From a virus: a DNA stretch of 64,000 nucleotides. Below are positions 43,871 to 51,895 of this stretch, in pieces. Location of the stretch: positions 13,725-77,724 of IMG/VR virus record IMGVR_UViG_3300042090_002000, one strand, 5' to 3'. How positions within the stretch are numbered: position 1 is the stretch's first letter; each line of letters begins with the position of its first letter. The position numbers and the translations under genes are program-made. The notes beneath the pieces are model-generated. The model searched no databases. It was not told the DNA's origin and worked only from the letters and a program-made list of their open reading frames with translations.

Positions 43871-44341
43871 ATGTCCAGCAATCCAATTCCGGTCGAGCCG
43901 GAACGCGCACCATTTGTTCCTACGACTACCCCCGCGATTGATCGTGCAAATCGTTTGATGGGCCTTCGGTCTCACCCGGGGTACATGGACCTTGTCCGCA
44001 TCATCAATGAGATTGTGCAAGACTCCGTTGATGCCACGTCGGACTATCCCGGCTGGGATTCCCAGATCATTGTCATTTTGAAAGTAAAACAACAGGCGGC
44101 TAAGGAATTCCCAATAGCTTTGGCGAAGCGAATCAACCAAGCGATTGAGGAAGGAATTAGCGACGCGCGTACGCAGGCCGAAGCCCAGATTAATCCACCC
44201 AAGTCTGCCGAAGACGCGGTTGATCAAGGTGACTTCGTGCGCCAGCGCGTGCTTCAGAATTTCGAAGAAATGGAGTCGCGGATCGCCGGGTCTTATGAGG
44301 CGAAGCCGGACGATCCCAATCCATACAGCTTCGAACAGTAG
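43871..44341 (+). CDS. Hypothetical head-module protein
   Basis: SD GAGGAG. Small helical ORF between portal and scaffold. Confidence 0.55.
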   Translation: MSSNPIPVEPERAPFVPTTTPAIDRANRLMGLRSHPGYMDLVRIINEIVQDSVDATSDYPGWDSQIIVILKVKQQAAKEFPIALAKRINQAIEEGISDARTQAEAQINPPKSAEDAVDQGDFVRQRVLQNFEEMESRIAGSYEAKPDDPNPYSFEQ

Positions 44342-44416
44342 CTGCTGACATCTTATTACATGTTTTTGACTTCCTGTTTCATAAGTGTATGTTGATTTTG
44401 AATTGAGGAGCATTCG

Positions 44417-45499
44417 ATGAGCACAACTCCGGCACCACTCAACGTTGAGATGAACGAAGAACTGCTGAAAGCGATCAATGCGTCGCTGGACCCAGAGCAG
44501 TTGAAGTCTTCTATTTTGGCTGAAGCCCAGAAACAGCTTGCCGCCAATGAAGCCGCCAACGCAACCCACAAAGCGGAGCAGGAAGCTGCTGCCGCCCGAT
44601 TGGCTGAAGCCCAGCGCGCGGCGGCTGCAGAACCCACGCAGTTCAGCCACACAGAGAATATCGCGGGCAAGGATTTTATCTTTACCGGTGCATCGCAGGC
44701 TGAGATCGACTCGCAAGTCGCTGCGGCCTATCGCGTGGCTTTTGCGATTCAGCAACCCACAGAGCAGGCTGAACCAACCGTTGACCCTGCGGTCGCGGCT
44801 GCTGCTGCGGAAGCTGAAGCTGCCGCAAAGATTGCGCTGCAGGAACAGTTCAGGAACGGTACCATCTCCGCCGAAGAGTACCTTGAAAAATCAGGCGCGA
44901 TCAACAACTATCTCGAAAGACAGGGGCTTTCCGTCGAAACCCTCAAAGCCACTGTCGAGCATTCGCAACTGGACCCATGGGTTCACGCCACCGATCAGTT
45001 CCTGCAAGGCGCTGGTGCGGACTGGCCGGGCGGTGACAAGAATCGCGAAATCTTGGGCCTGCGCATTCAGGCACTGGGGCTTGTCGACGCCGAAGACAAA
45101 GTTGCTGCCATGTCGCAAGCGTGGAATGACATGAAGCGTGACAAGATGTATTTCCCGGCAGGACACCCGCTGGCTGCTGCAGCGGCTCCTGAAGTCGTGA
45201 CTGATTCTGCCGCTGCTCCTGTTGTTCCGCCTGCTGCGGTTCCGGCCCCGGTTGTTCCGACGGCTCCGCCAGCGCCCCCGGCACCGCCCGCTCGCGCCGC
45301 CGCATCGTCGTCTTCGCTCTTTGATCGAAGCACCGGCGTCGCTGATTTCGTCGCGCAACCAGACAAAGCCAAACCGGCAGAGTTTGTCGTGCCCGATAGC
45401 GCCACGCCCCAGCAAATCATGGATGCGTACAAAAAGTTTCAAGTTGCAAACGGCCTCGATCCAAACTCTGCGTTCATGCAGCAATATCGCGGCAAGTAA
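44417..45499 (+). CDS. Capsid scaffolding protein
   Basis: Ala/Glu-rich helical protein with a Pro-rich linker, located just before the capsid gene. Confidence 0.6.
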   Translation: MSTTPAPLNVEMNEELLKAINASLDPEQLKSSILAEAQKQLAANEAANATHKAEQEAAAARLAEAQRAAAAEPTQFSHTENIAGKDFIFTGASQAEIDSQVAAAYRVAFAIQQPTEQAEPTVDPAVAAAAAEAEAAAKIALQEQFRNGTISAEEYLEKSGAINNYLERQGLSVETLKATVEHSQLDPWVHATDQFLQGAGADWPGGDKNREILGLRIQALGLVDAEDKVAAMSQAWNDMKRDKMYFPAGHPLAAAAAPEVVTDSAAAPVVPPAAVPAPVVPTAPPAPPAPPARAAASSSSLFDRSTGVADFVAQPDKAKPAEFVVPDSATPQQIMDAYKKFQVANGLDPNSAFMQQYRGK

Positions 45500-45684
45500 G
45501 CCACCCCTTGGTATTTCTCTCCGTTAGGCGCGTGAAGGGGTCGTGAAATAGCGACCCCCGCGCAGCCCCTCCCAAAAAAAGTTTTTGACTAACGAATCCA
45601 TAAGTGTAGGGCATTGACGAATGCTTTGCACGGTGCGGAAGGTGCCTATCACACCTTCCAAAACCAACTCTGATAGGGGGTCTG

Positions 45685-46062
45685 ATGCCAAAACCGATTA
45701 GCCGATATCGAGAGACTCGACAACGATATAAGGCGCAAGACCCTGAACGATGGAAGCGATATTCTAGGGAGTATGGTTGGCGGCATCGGGAAGCCCTTCG
45801 AGTTGAAGTATTGACTCAGTACAGCCCGCAACAGATTTTAGGGTGTTCTTGGGCAGATTGTTTTGTAACAGACTCAGACATGTTGGTTCTTGACCATGTG
45901 GCTGATGACGGGGCTCAACAAAGACGGATGTTGAGTTTGCGGGGCTGGAATTTTTATCGGTGGCTCAAAAGCCACAAATTTCCAGTTGGATATCAAACCC
46001 TCTGTTGCAATCATAATCATAAAAAAGAAATGGTTCGGCAAAGAACCCAACGAGTTTCATAG
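45685..46062 (+). CDS. HNH-like nuclease inserted in the capsid gene leader
   Basis: LVLDHVADDG...GYQTLCCNHN. Paralog of the ORFs at 43476 and 62178. Confidence 0.7.
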   Translation: MPKPISRYRETRQRYKAQDPERWKRYSREYGWRHREALRVEVLTQYSPQQILGCSWADCFVTDSDMLVLDHVADDGAQQRRMLSLRGWNFYRWLKSHKFPVGYQTLCCNHNHKKEMVRQRTQRVS

Positions 46063-46092
46063 AACCGATTACGGTTCAAGAGGAGAACGACC

Positions 46093-47088
46093 ATTATTCT
46101 ACCCCCCGGAGTTCAGAGTACCACACTTGCTGCGTTTCCGCAGATTGCCTATGATCGTCAAGCCATCATGGAATGGCAATTCAACACACCGTTCCTTGAG
46201 GAACTGTGCGATTTTCGTCCTCTGCCGCGTCGGTCTGGCCGGACACTTCAGTTCTACGGACAAACTCCGTACGCTGCCGCGACCTATGACCTGTCAGAAG
46301 GAATTCCGGGTCCGTCGCTCCAGTTGACCCAAGTTTTCAGCGACGCTTTCGCCGACGAATACGGCGACTGGATCGGCATTTCGAATGTGGCTCAGCAAAT
46401 GTTCCTCGCGGACATTACGCTGGATGCCAGCCGCAACTTGTCTTATCGCGGCGCGCTGACCAGCAACCTGATCGCGATCAACGGCTTTGAAGCCGCTGCT
46501 ACCGCGCAGGCTTCGGCCCGCATCGATTTGCTCGACAACGAGTTCATGCTGTCCAACACGATCCGCAAGAGCGAGTCCCAGTTGATGGGCAACGCTGTTC
46601 CGGGCCGCGACGGCGGGCTCTACACGTCGGCCATGCACCCGTACGTTGTGTACGACTTCATGTCGGACAACAGCGCAGGGTCGGCTGTCGACACACTCAA
46701 GCGGTCCACCGAAGGCGCGTCGGTTCTCAAGTCCGACATGACTCGCGGCTACACCGTTCTGGAATGGGCCGGTGTTCGCATTATCCGCACCCAGACCGTG
46801 CCGACGTACTCCAACTATCCTTCCGTCGGTAAGACGGGATACGCGACCTATATCGTTGGTCGCGAGGCAATGATGGCCTCTGAATTGCTGGGCAACCGCG
46901 TTCCGCGCAACCCCAGTTTCAAGGTGAACGTCAAGACCTTCGGCGATAACGACATTGATCTCTCGAACCCAATGCTCCAGACTCGCGCCATCGTGAGTTA
47001 TGACTGGTTCTTGGGAGTTGTGGCGCGCCCCAACACCAATAATACCGCAGGCTTTAGGCGCGTAAGAGGTGAAGTTTCAGCGGTTTAA
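46093..47088 (+). CDS. Major capsid protein (N4-gp56-like HK97 fold); predicted ATT start
   Basis: YDR...NTPF...RPLP..SG.T.QFY...LSEG, EYGDW, HPYVVYD and GVRIIRT. SD GAGGAG sits 7 nt before an in-frame ATT at 46093. Confidence 0.85.
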   Translation: MILPPGVQSTTLAAFPQIAYDRQAIMEWQFNTPFLEELCDFRPLPRRSGRTLQFYGQTPYAAATYDLSEGIPGPSLQLTQVFSDAFADEYGDWIGISNVAQQMFLADITLDASRNLSYRGALTSNLIAINGFEAAATAQASARIDLLDNEFMLSNTIRKSESQLMGNAVPGRDGGLYTSAMHPYVVYDFMSDNSAGSAVDTLKRSTEGASVLKSDMTRGYTVLEWAGVRIIRTQTVPTYSNYPSVGKTGYATYIVGREAMMASELLGNRVPRNPSFKVNVKTFGDNDIDLSNPMLQTRAIVSYDWFLGVVARPNTNNTAGFRRVRGEVSAV

Positions 47089-47107
47089 CGAACTTTGAAC
47101 TTTTCGC

Positions 47108-47136
47108 TTGACAAGTTTCTTGGTGTTGTTTAGAAT
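47108..47136 (+). promoter_or_regulatory. Sigma70 promoter of the downstream HNH gene
   Basis: TTGACA-17-TAGAAT. Confidence 0.7.
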
Positions 47137-47153
47137 GGGTCTTGGAGGCAATC

Positions 47154-47786
47154 ATGCCATACAAGGACCCACAGAAACAAAAAGAATACCAAGAGCGCTG
47201 GAAGGCCGCACACCCGGATAAAGTTCGGGAGTATGGACAAGAATCGGAAAAAAGGGAGTCCATTAAGGAAACCCGAAAACGATACCAGCAAAGCGAAGCG
47301 GGAAAAGAAAGTTCAAAACGCAGGCAAGAAAAGTATCGCGGGACCGAAAAGTCAAAAGAACGGTTCAAGCGGTATCGGGAACGGCACCCCGGCTTAGGAC
47401 GCGAGAACTGGTATAAAGGCCAGTACGGCGTTACGCCAGAAGAGTTTGAAGCACAGGTTGCGAAGCAAAACAATCTGTGCCCCATAGGAAACCATCCCTT
47501 TGGGCCTCGTGGCAGACAGGCAGATTCACCCTGTCAAGACCACGACCACAGGACCGGCGAGAATCGAGCCATCTTGTGCAAGAATCACAACTCGATGCTC
47601 GGTTTGGCTAACGACTCGGTTGATGATTTAGAATCAGCAATTTCGTACTTGAATTTGTTTAAAAAGGAAAACGACAATGTCCAACGCTTCAACAATTCGA
47701 CGGCAGATCGCGGGAACTCAGCAACTGACGCTGGCTCCTCTTTCTGGAACGACGATCACGACAACTCCGACCGCGTTCCAACTTAA
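47154..47786 (+). CDS. Endonuclease VII-like HNH nuclease
   Basis: YGVTPEEF...QDHDHRTGENRAILCKNHNSMLG. Confidence 0.8.
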   Translation: MPYKDPQKQKEYQERWKAAHPDKVREYGQESEKRESIKETRKRYQQSEAGKESSKRRQEKYRGTEKSKERFKRYRERHPGLGRENWYKGQYGVTPEEFEAQVAKQNNLCPIGNHPFGPRGRQADSPCQDHDHRTGENRAILCKNHNSMLGLANDSVDDLESAISYLNLFKKENDNVQRFNNSTADRGNSATDAGSSFWNDDHDNSDRVPT

Positions 47787-48300
47787 CAACAACGGGCTGA
47801 CGCTGACTGGCGGGGGCGTTATTCCTCTGTCCGCCGGTGTGACTGGGCTGTATGCGGGTACTGGACAGGTTCTTTGGGTCCATGCCGCTGGCCAGTTAAC
47901 TGGCGGGACGGTTAGCTCCACCACTCTGATCATCAAGCTGTATCAAGTTCCTGCGTCTTTGCTCCCGATTGCCAATACACTCTCTGGCGCACAGACGTTC
48001 ACGAACTGGAACCTGCTTGCCACGGGACCAACGGGTACGCTGGGCTCCACTGAAACACAAGGGTCGTTCACTCTTGACGCATATCTTCAGTTGGATGGCC
48101 AAGGAAATTTGGACGGCAACTTCCAGGCCCTGAGTTTGAACAATTTCGGGACTTCGGCAGGCGCGGTGCCTACCAAGACGACATTGGCCACAGGTTTGGT
48201 CGGCGAAGCCGATCTGAACTTCGTGATCGTGGCTGTTCTTGGGGGAACGGAAACCGGCGTCGTGCTGACGCTCGATGAATTCTCGCTGAACTACGTGTAA
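47677..48300 (+). CDS. Putative capsid decoration/structural protein
   Basis: Thr/Gly-rich beta protein after the major capsid gene, followed by a terminator. Confidence 0.55.
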   Translation: MSNASTIRRQIAGTQQLTLAPLSGTTITTTPTAFQLNNNGLTLTGGGVIPLSAGVTGLYAGTGQVLWVHAAGQLTGGTVSSTTLIIKLYQVPASLLPIANTLSGAQTFTNWNLLATGPTGTLGSTETQGSFTLDAYLQLDGQGNLDGNFQALSLNNFGTSAGAVPTKTTLATGLVGEADLNFVIVAVLGGTETGVVLTLDEFSLNYV

Positions 48301-48339
48301 TCGTCCGCGAACAACATTTTCGGGCGAAAGCCCAAATCA

Positions 48340-48376
48340 CCCCTTGGGCTGGAAGGCTCAAGGGGTTTTCTTTTTC
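48340..48376 (+). terminator. Intrinsic terminator
   Basis: CCCCTTGGGC...GCTCAAGGGG hairpin followed by TTTTCTTTTT. Confidence 0.8.
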
Positions 48377-48456
48377 TTGGGTATTACACCCACGGGCGGC
48401 GCGCGGCGGCATGAACAGGCTTCGGTAACCGGGCCGTCGCGCAGACCGTCAAATTT

Positions 48457-48530
48457 AGATCGGTAAGATAGTGGAAGTCTAGCCGCCTCCAAATCGGCGA
48501 GCGGAGGTTCGATTCCTCCCTGATCTGCCA
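48457..48530 (+). tRNA. tRNA-Trp(CCA)
   Basis: Acceptor AGATCGG/CTGATCT, anticodon loop CTCCAAA, T arm GGAGG-TTCGATT-CCTCC, G73 and encoded CCA. Confidence 0.9.
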
Positions 48531-48532
48531 AC

Positions 48533-48589
48533 GGCGGGACATCAGTCGGGCTTTGAAACCCGGCGTCGGCTAGACCGACCCCGCCACCA
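48533..48589 (+). ncRNA. D-armless minimal tRNA-like RNA (57 nt) ending ACCA
   Basis: GGCGGG/CCCGCC acceptor, GTCGGG-CTTTGAAA-CCCGGC arm and GTCGG-CTAGA-CCGAC arm. Confidence 0.65.
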
Positions 48590-48639
48590 ATTTTGCAAAC
48601 GCATCGCCGTCGCGTGAATGCAGGAGTTTACGGCGCAGA

Positions 48640-48711
48640 GCGGGCACGCACTTGGGTGTAGTTCGGGCGGCCACCCGGATGGCGGTTCGAATCCGCGAGA
48701 AGCCCGCTCCA
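48640..48711 (+). ncRNA. Aberrant tRNA-like RNA ending CCA
   Basis: GCGGGC/GCCCGC stem, small D-like arm, 6-nt anticodon-position loop, GCGG-TTCGAAT-CCGC T arm and a GAGAA insertion. Confidence 0.55.
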
Positions 48712-48716
48712 TTTTT

Positions 48717-49224
48717 GGGAATTATATAGTTGACTCCCTCATGAAAACAGGAGATTTATGAACGAAACGAAATCATTACGACAACATCCCTTTGTGCTGG
48801 CATGGATAGCTGAATTCCAGAAAGATCCTTGGCATACTAAGTATCCCGATTGTCGCCGCTGTGGGTTTCCGCACAGCGATGTTCTGCTTTGCAACGGAGC
48901 ACCCTTCGGTTGTCTTTACATTGGAGGAGAGCCCTACTCTGTTGATATTTCAAATGTTGCTTGGATGGTGCAGTTCAGAGAGCAGAGTAGGCCCGGATTT
49001 CATCGGCGAGACGATATTTATTTTCAAAGGATGGATGACGGCAGTGTTCGCGTTACATCCTTTTGGCAGTATAACAACTGCCCGCAAGAAAAGGTGTGGA
49101 CAATCCCCAGTTCCGAATGGGCGTCTATAGTAAGTTCGGTGAGTACGGCGGGAGAAACCACTGAATCCTATCAACAGGCGTTGGAGTTTCACGGCAAATC
49201 GAGGGATTCATCTATATAATTCCC
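48717..49224. mobile_element. Non-autonomous IS1595-like (ISNwi1-type ends) cassette carrying a 153-aa passenger gene (48758-49219)
   Basis: 24-bp terminal inverted repeats (22/24 match) starting GGGAATTATATAG. 8-bp direct repeat CCATTTTT at 48709-48716 and 49225-49232. Confidence 0.75.
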
Positions 49225-49266
49225 CCATTTTTTGCTTGACGGCATGCCATGAGCGTGCTATGATTC

Positions 49267-49341
49267 GCAGGGCTGGCTCAATGGCACAGCAGGAGTTTTG
49301 TAAACTCCCATTTCGCGGTTCAAGTCCGCGGCCCTGCCCCA
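49267..49341 (+). tRNA. tRNA-Thr(TGT)
   Basis: Acceptor GCAGGGC/GCCCTGC, anticodon arm GGAGT-TTTGTAA-ACTCC, T arm CGCGG-TTCAAGT-CCGCG, CCA. Confidence 0.9.
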
Positions 49342-49353
49342 GATCGAGGGAGC

Positions 49354-49836
49354 ATGATTCGAGTGAATCTGTTGCGGCGAGTGAAAGCGATCAAATATCG
49401 CGGACACCATAAACGAGACGCGGTAGGGAATGTCGTCTCCCGCGCGGCGGAAACGCGCAGACACCGCCTCGCGCACCCCGGGCAGCGAAAAAGATGGGAT
49501 ACAACCTATCGGCAATCGGAAGCTGGGGAAGCCAGCCATCAAAAATATAACGATTCAGAGAAAGGCCAGCGCGCGGCTCAGAATCAATATCTGCAATGGA
49601 AGTATGGTAAAGGATTGGCAGATAAAGCGGAGCAGCATGAAAAACAACAGGGTTTGTGTGGCGTTTGTGGCAAGCCGCTTTCTGTGAATTTGGATGAATG
49701 CCACTGGGACCACAACCATAAAACAGGGGAGCTACGCGACGTGGTGCATCCTCGATGCAACATCGCTATAGGGTTCATTGAAAGTGAGTTGTTGACGCCT
49801 GTTTTAACGTATTTGAAGAGGCACGATAATGTATGA
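49354..49836 (+). CDS. Endonuclease VII-like HNH nuclease
   Basis: QQGLCGVC...HWDHNHKTGELRDVVHPRCNIAIG. Confidence 0.8.
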   Translation: MIRVNLLRRVKAIKYRGHHKRDAVGNVVSRAAETRRHRLAHPGQRKRWDTTYRQSEAGEASHQKYNDSEKGQRAAQNQYLQWKYGKGLADKAEQHEKQQGLCGVCGKPLSVNLDECHWDHNHKTGELRDVVHPRCNIAIGFIESELLTPVLTYLKRHDNV

Positions 49837-50443
49837 CTTTGATCCAAAGAAACAGCTAATTGCCTACCTTGTAAGACATGGCGAGTTAGTCAATATGCGT
49901 TGCTGGGATGGGTGGGGTAACTACGAATTATCGGACGAAGGTCACCAGCAGGCCGAACGCGCCGCGCAATGGCTCTCTTTCGAGCGCATAGGCCGGGTCA
50001 TCTCCTCCGACGTACCGCGCACCATGCAGACAGCGCAATACCTCATGAACACGGGTTGTGTTCTTTGCCCGTTCCTCAGTACTGATCCGAATTTGCGCCC
50101 ATGGAACGTCGCAGGTTTCACAGGCAAGCAAAAGACGCCGGAGCGCATCGCGGAGTTCGCGAAATACATGGTCGACCCGACGCTCGTAATTCCCGATGGC
50201 GAGAGCCGCCAGCAGTTGGATCAGCGTGTTCAGGTCATCTACCAGTACGCCACGGTGCCTTATAAGGGGTGCCCGACCGCTTTTTTCATTCACAATTCCG
50301 TTATCAAGGCCTTGATGGGGATCGATGATATCAAGGATGCTTGTTCGCCGGGTGGGATCGTCGGCATGTTCATGGATGAACAAGGGAAAATTTTCTTTGA
50401 GATTCTACTTGGAAAAGTAGAAACAGAAATCGGAGTTTCGTAA
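49829..50443 (+). CDS. Histidine phosphatase (phosphoglycerate mutase superfamily)
   Basis: LVRHGE, LSDEG, SSDVPRTMQTA, GES, FIHNSVIKAL. Confidence 0.85.
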   Translation: MYDFDPKKQLIAYLVRHGELVNMRCWDGWGNYELSDEGHQQAERAAQWLSFERIGRVISSDVPRTMQTAQYLMNTGCVLCPFLSTDPNLRPWNVAGFTGKQKTPERIAEFAKYMVDPTLVIPDGESRQQLDQRVQVIYQYATVPYKGCPTAFFIHNSVIKALMGIDDIKDACSPGGIVGMFMDEQGKIFFEILLGKVETEIGVS

Positions 50444-51368
50444 TGAGCACAACACCGCAACCTTTTCTCGATCACGCCCGCCCGATTCTGGACGGCGACC
50501 CGGCCTTGTCCGACGAGCATAAGGCCGACCTGTGGGACATCTTTCATAATTCGAAATCGTCCGACGAACTGGCCCATCATTTGCAGCCGCTGTCGGTGTC
50601 CGACGAAACCAAACAGGCGTTGCACGAAGCCAAGCAGAAATCTACCCCGGAACCCGCACCGGCGGATCATATCGTGGACGCCCTTACCCGGCTCTCCAAT
50701 ATGGACCCCAAGATTGTCGAACTGGCCGAATCTCATCCAAACATCTTAAAGGCCATCGTGGGCACCGTTGCCGCCGGGCACAAAGCGGCTGGGAAGGCTT
50801 CTGGCGCATCAAAAGGCGGGGATAAGGGTAAAACACCATCTGCTGCCGGATCGTCGTCCAGTGCCTCGCCAGAGGCGGCTCCGGCCCCTCATGTCGTTGT
50901 CGTGGCTCCCCAAGTGACTCCCAATACACCCGACGCCGCTGCGCCAACTGCGGCATAAAAATTGCTGGACATCCCCGGGAATCGGGTGTAGAGTCGGCAA
51001 TCGGAGACCCACCATGACAAAAGAAATTATTTTCGATTTGGAGTTTACTGCGTCCGGTCACGTCGCTCCGATATCTCACCGGGGACGCGGATTTCTCTTA
51101 GCGGTTGCGGATCGTTGCGTTGACGCGCGCGAAATATACCAACGCGCGATGCGCATGGGCCTGCACGCGCGTTTTGAAAACGCCACGGCTCGCGATCTAA
51201 TTGCCGCTGTCTAATTTCGCAACATCGAGGTGGTCCCATGTTCGACCGTCTGCTGATGGTATTGGAGATTCTACTTTTGATTTGGATTGTGATTCAAGGC
51301 GAGTACGTTCGATTCTATGAACGAGAAGTTTTTCGCATGAACAAAGACCGGTACGAGGAGCGCGCAAA

Positions 51369-51857
51369 ATGGCGGAAAGAAAAGCAAGAACAGACGCGCA
51401 AAAAGACCGCGCAAAAGACATCCGACTCCAGCGTAAATACGGTATTACCCTCGCCGACCGCGTGAGGCGGGCAGAGGAACAGAAGCATCTCTGCGCGATG
51501 TGTGGCGGGCCTCTCGAAGCGCACGGGCCTGCGCAAGTGGACCACTTTCATTTTCGCATGCGCACCGACCGCATCTACGACACGGTTCTCAACACTTTCA
51601 CCGAATGGGAAACCAGAGGCTACGATGAACTGGACCGGGTTATTTGTGTCCGCCGGGCTCCCACGAGGAAGTCTGCAGAACAGGCCGTGAAAGCTGCTAT
51701 GCTTCCATGGGCTGTGCGGGCGTTGTTGTGCGCGAAGTGCAATCGCGGGGCAGGGATCAACGAGAGATTTTTCGATGTGGCGCGGCATCCGAATAATTTG
51801 ATGATGCTGATCCACTATTTTCAAGCACGTCTCGAAAAACCCTTGACACAACTGTAG
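51369..51857 (+). CDS. Endonuclease VII-like nuclease with an internal insertion
   Basis: KYGIT...LCAMC...VDHFH, then an insert of about 55 aa, then VRALLCAKCNRG. Confidence 0.7.
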   Translation: MAERKARTDAQKDRAKDIRLQRKYGITLADRVRRAEEQKHLCAMCGGPLEAHGPAQVDHFHFRMRTDRIYDTVLNTFTEWETRGYDELDRVICVRRAPTRKSAEQAVKAAMLPWAVRALLCAKCNRGAGINERFFDVARHPNNLMMLIHYFQARLEKPLTQL

Positions 51858-51895
51858 GACTTTAGTACCATAACTTTCGATTGAGGAGACCCACC

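Noticed and set aside
45600-46092. Group I intron in the capsid gene carrying the HNH ORF
   Set aside because: No recognisable P7/catalytic core and no upstream exon with a start codon. The non-coding flanks are too short.
48717-49224. Invertible segment for the tyrosine recombinase
   Set aside because: The flanking 8-bp direct repeat and IS-like ends fit transposition better than inversion.
49236-49264. TTGACG-17-TATGAT as the tRNA-Thr promoter
   Set aside because: The -10 ends only 2 nt before the tRNA, so the start would fall inside it. It may serve the downstream HNH gene instead, and this is unresolved.
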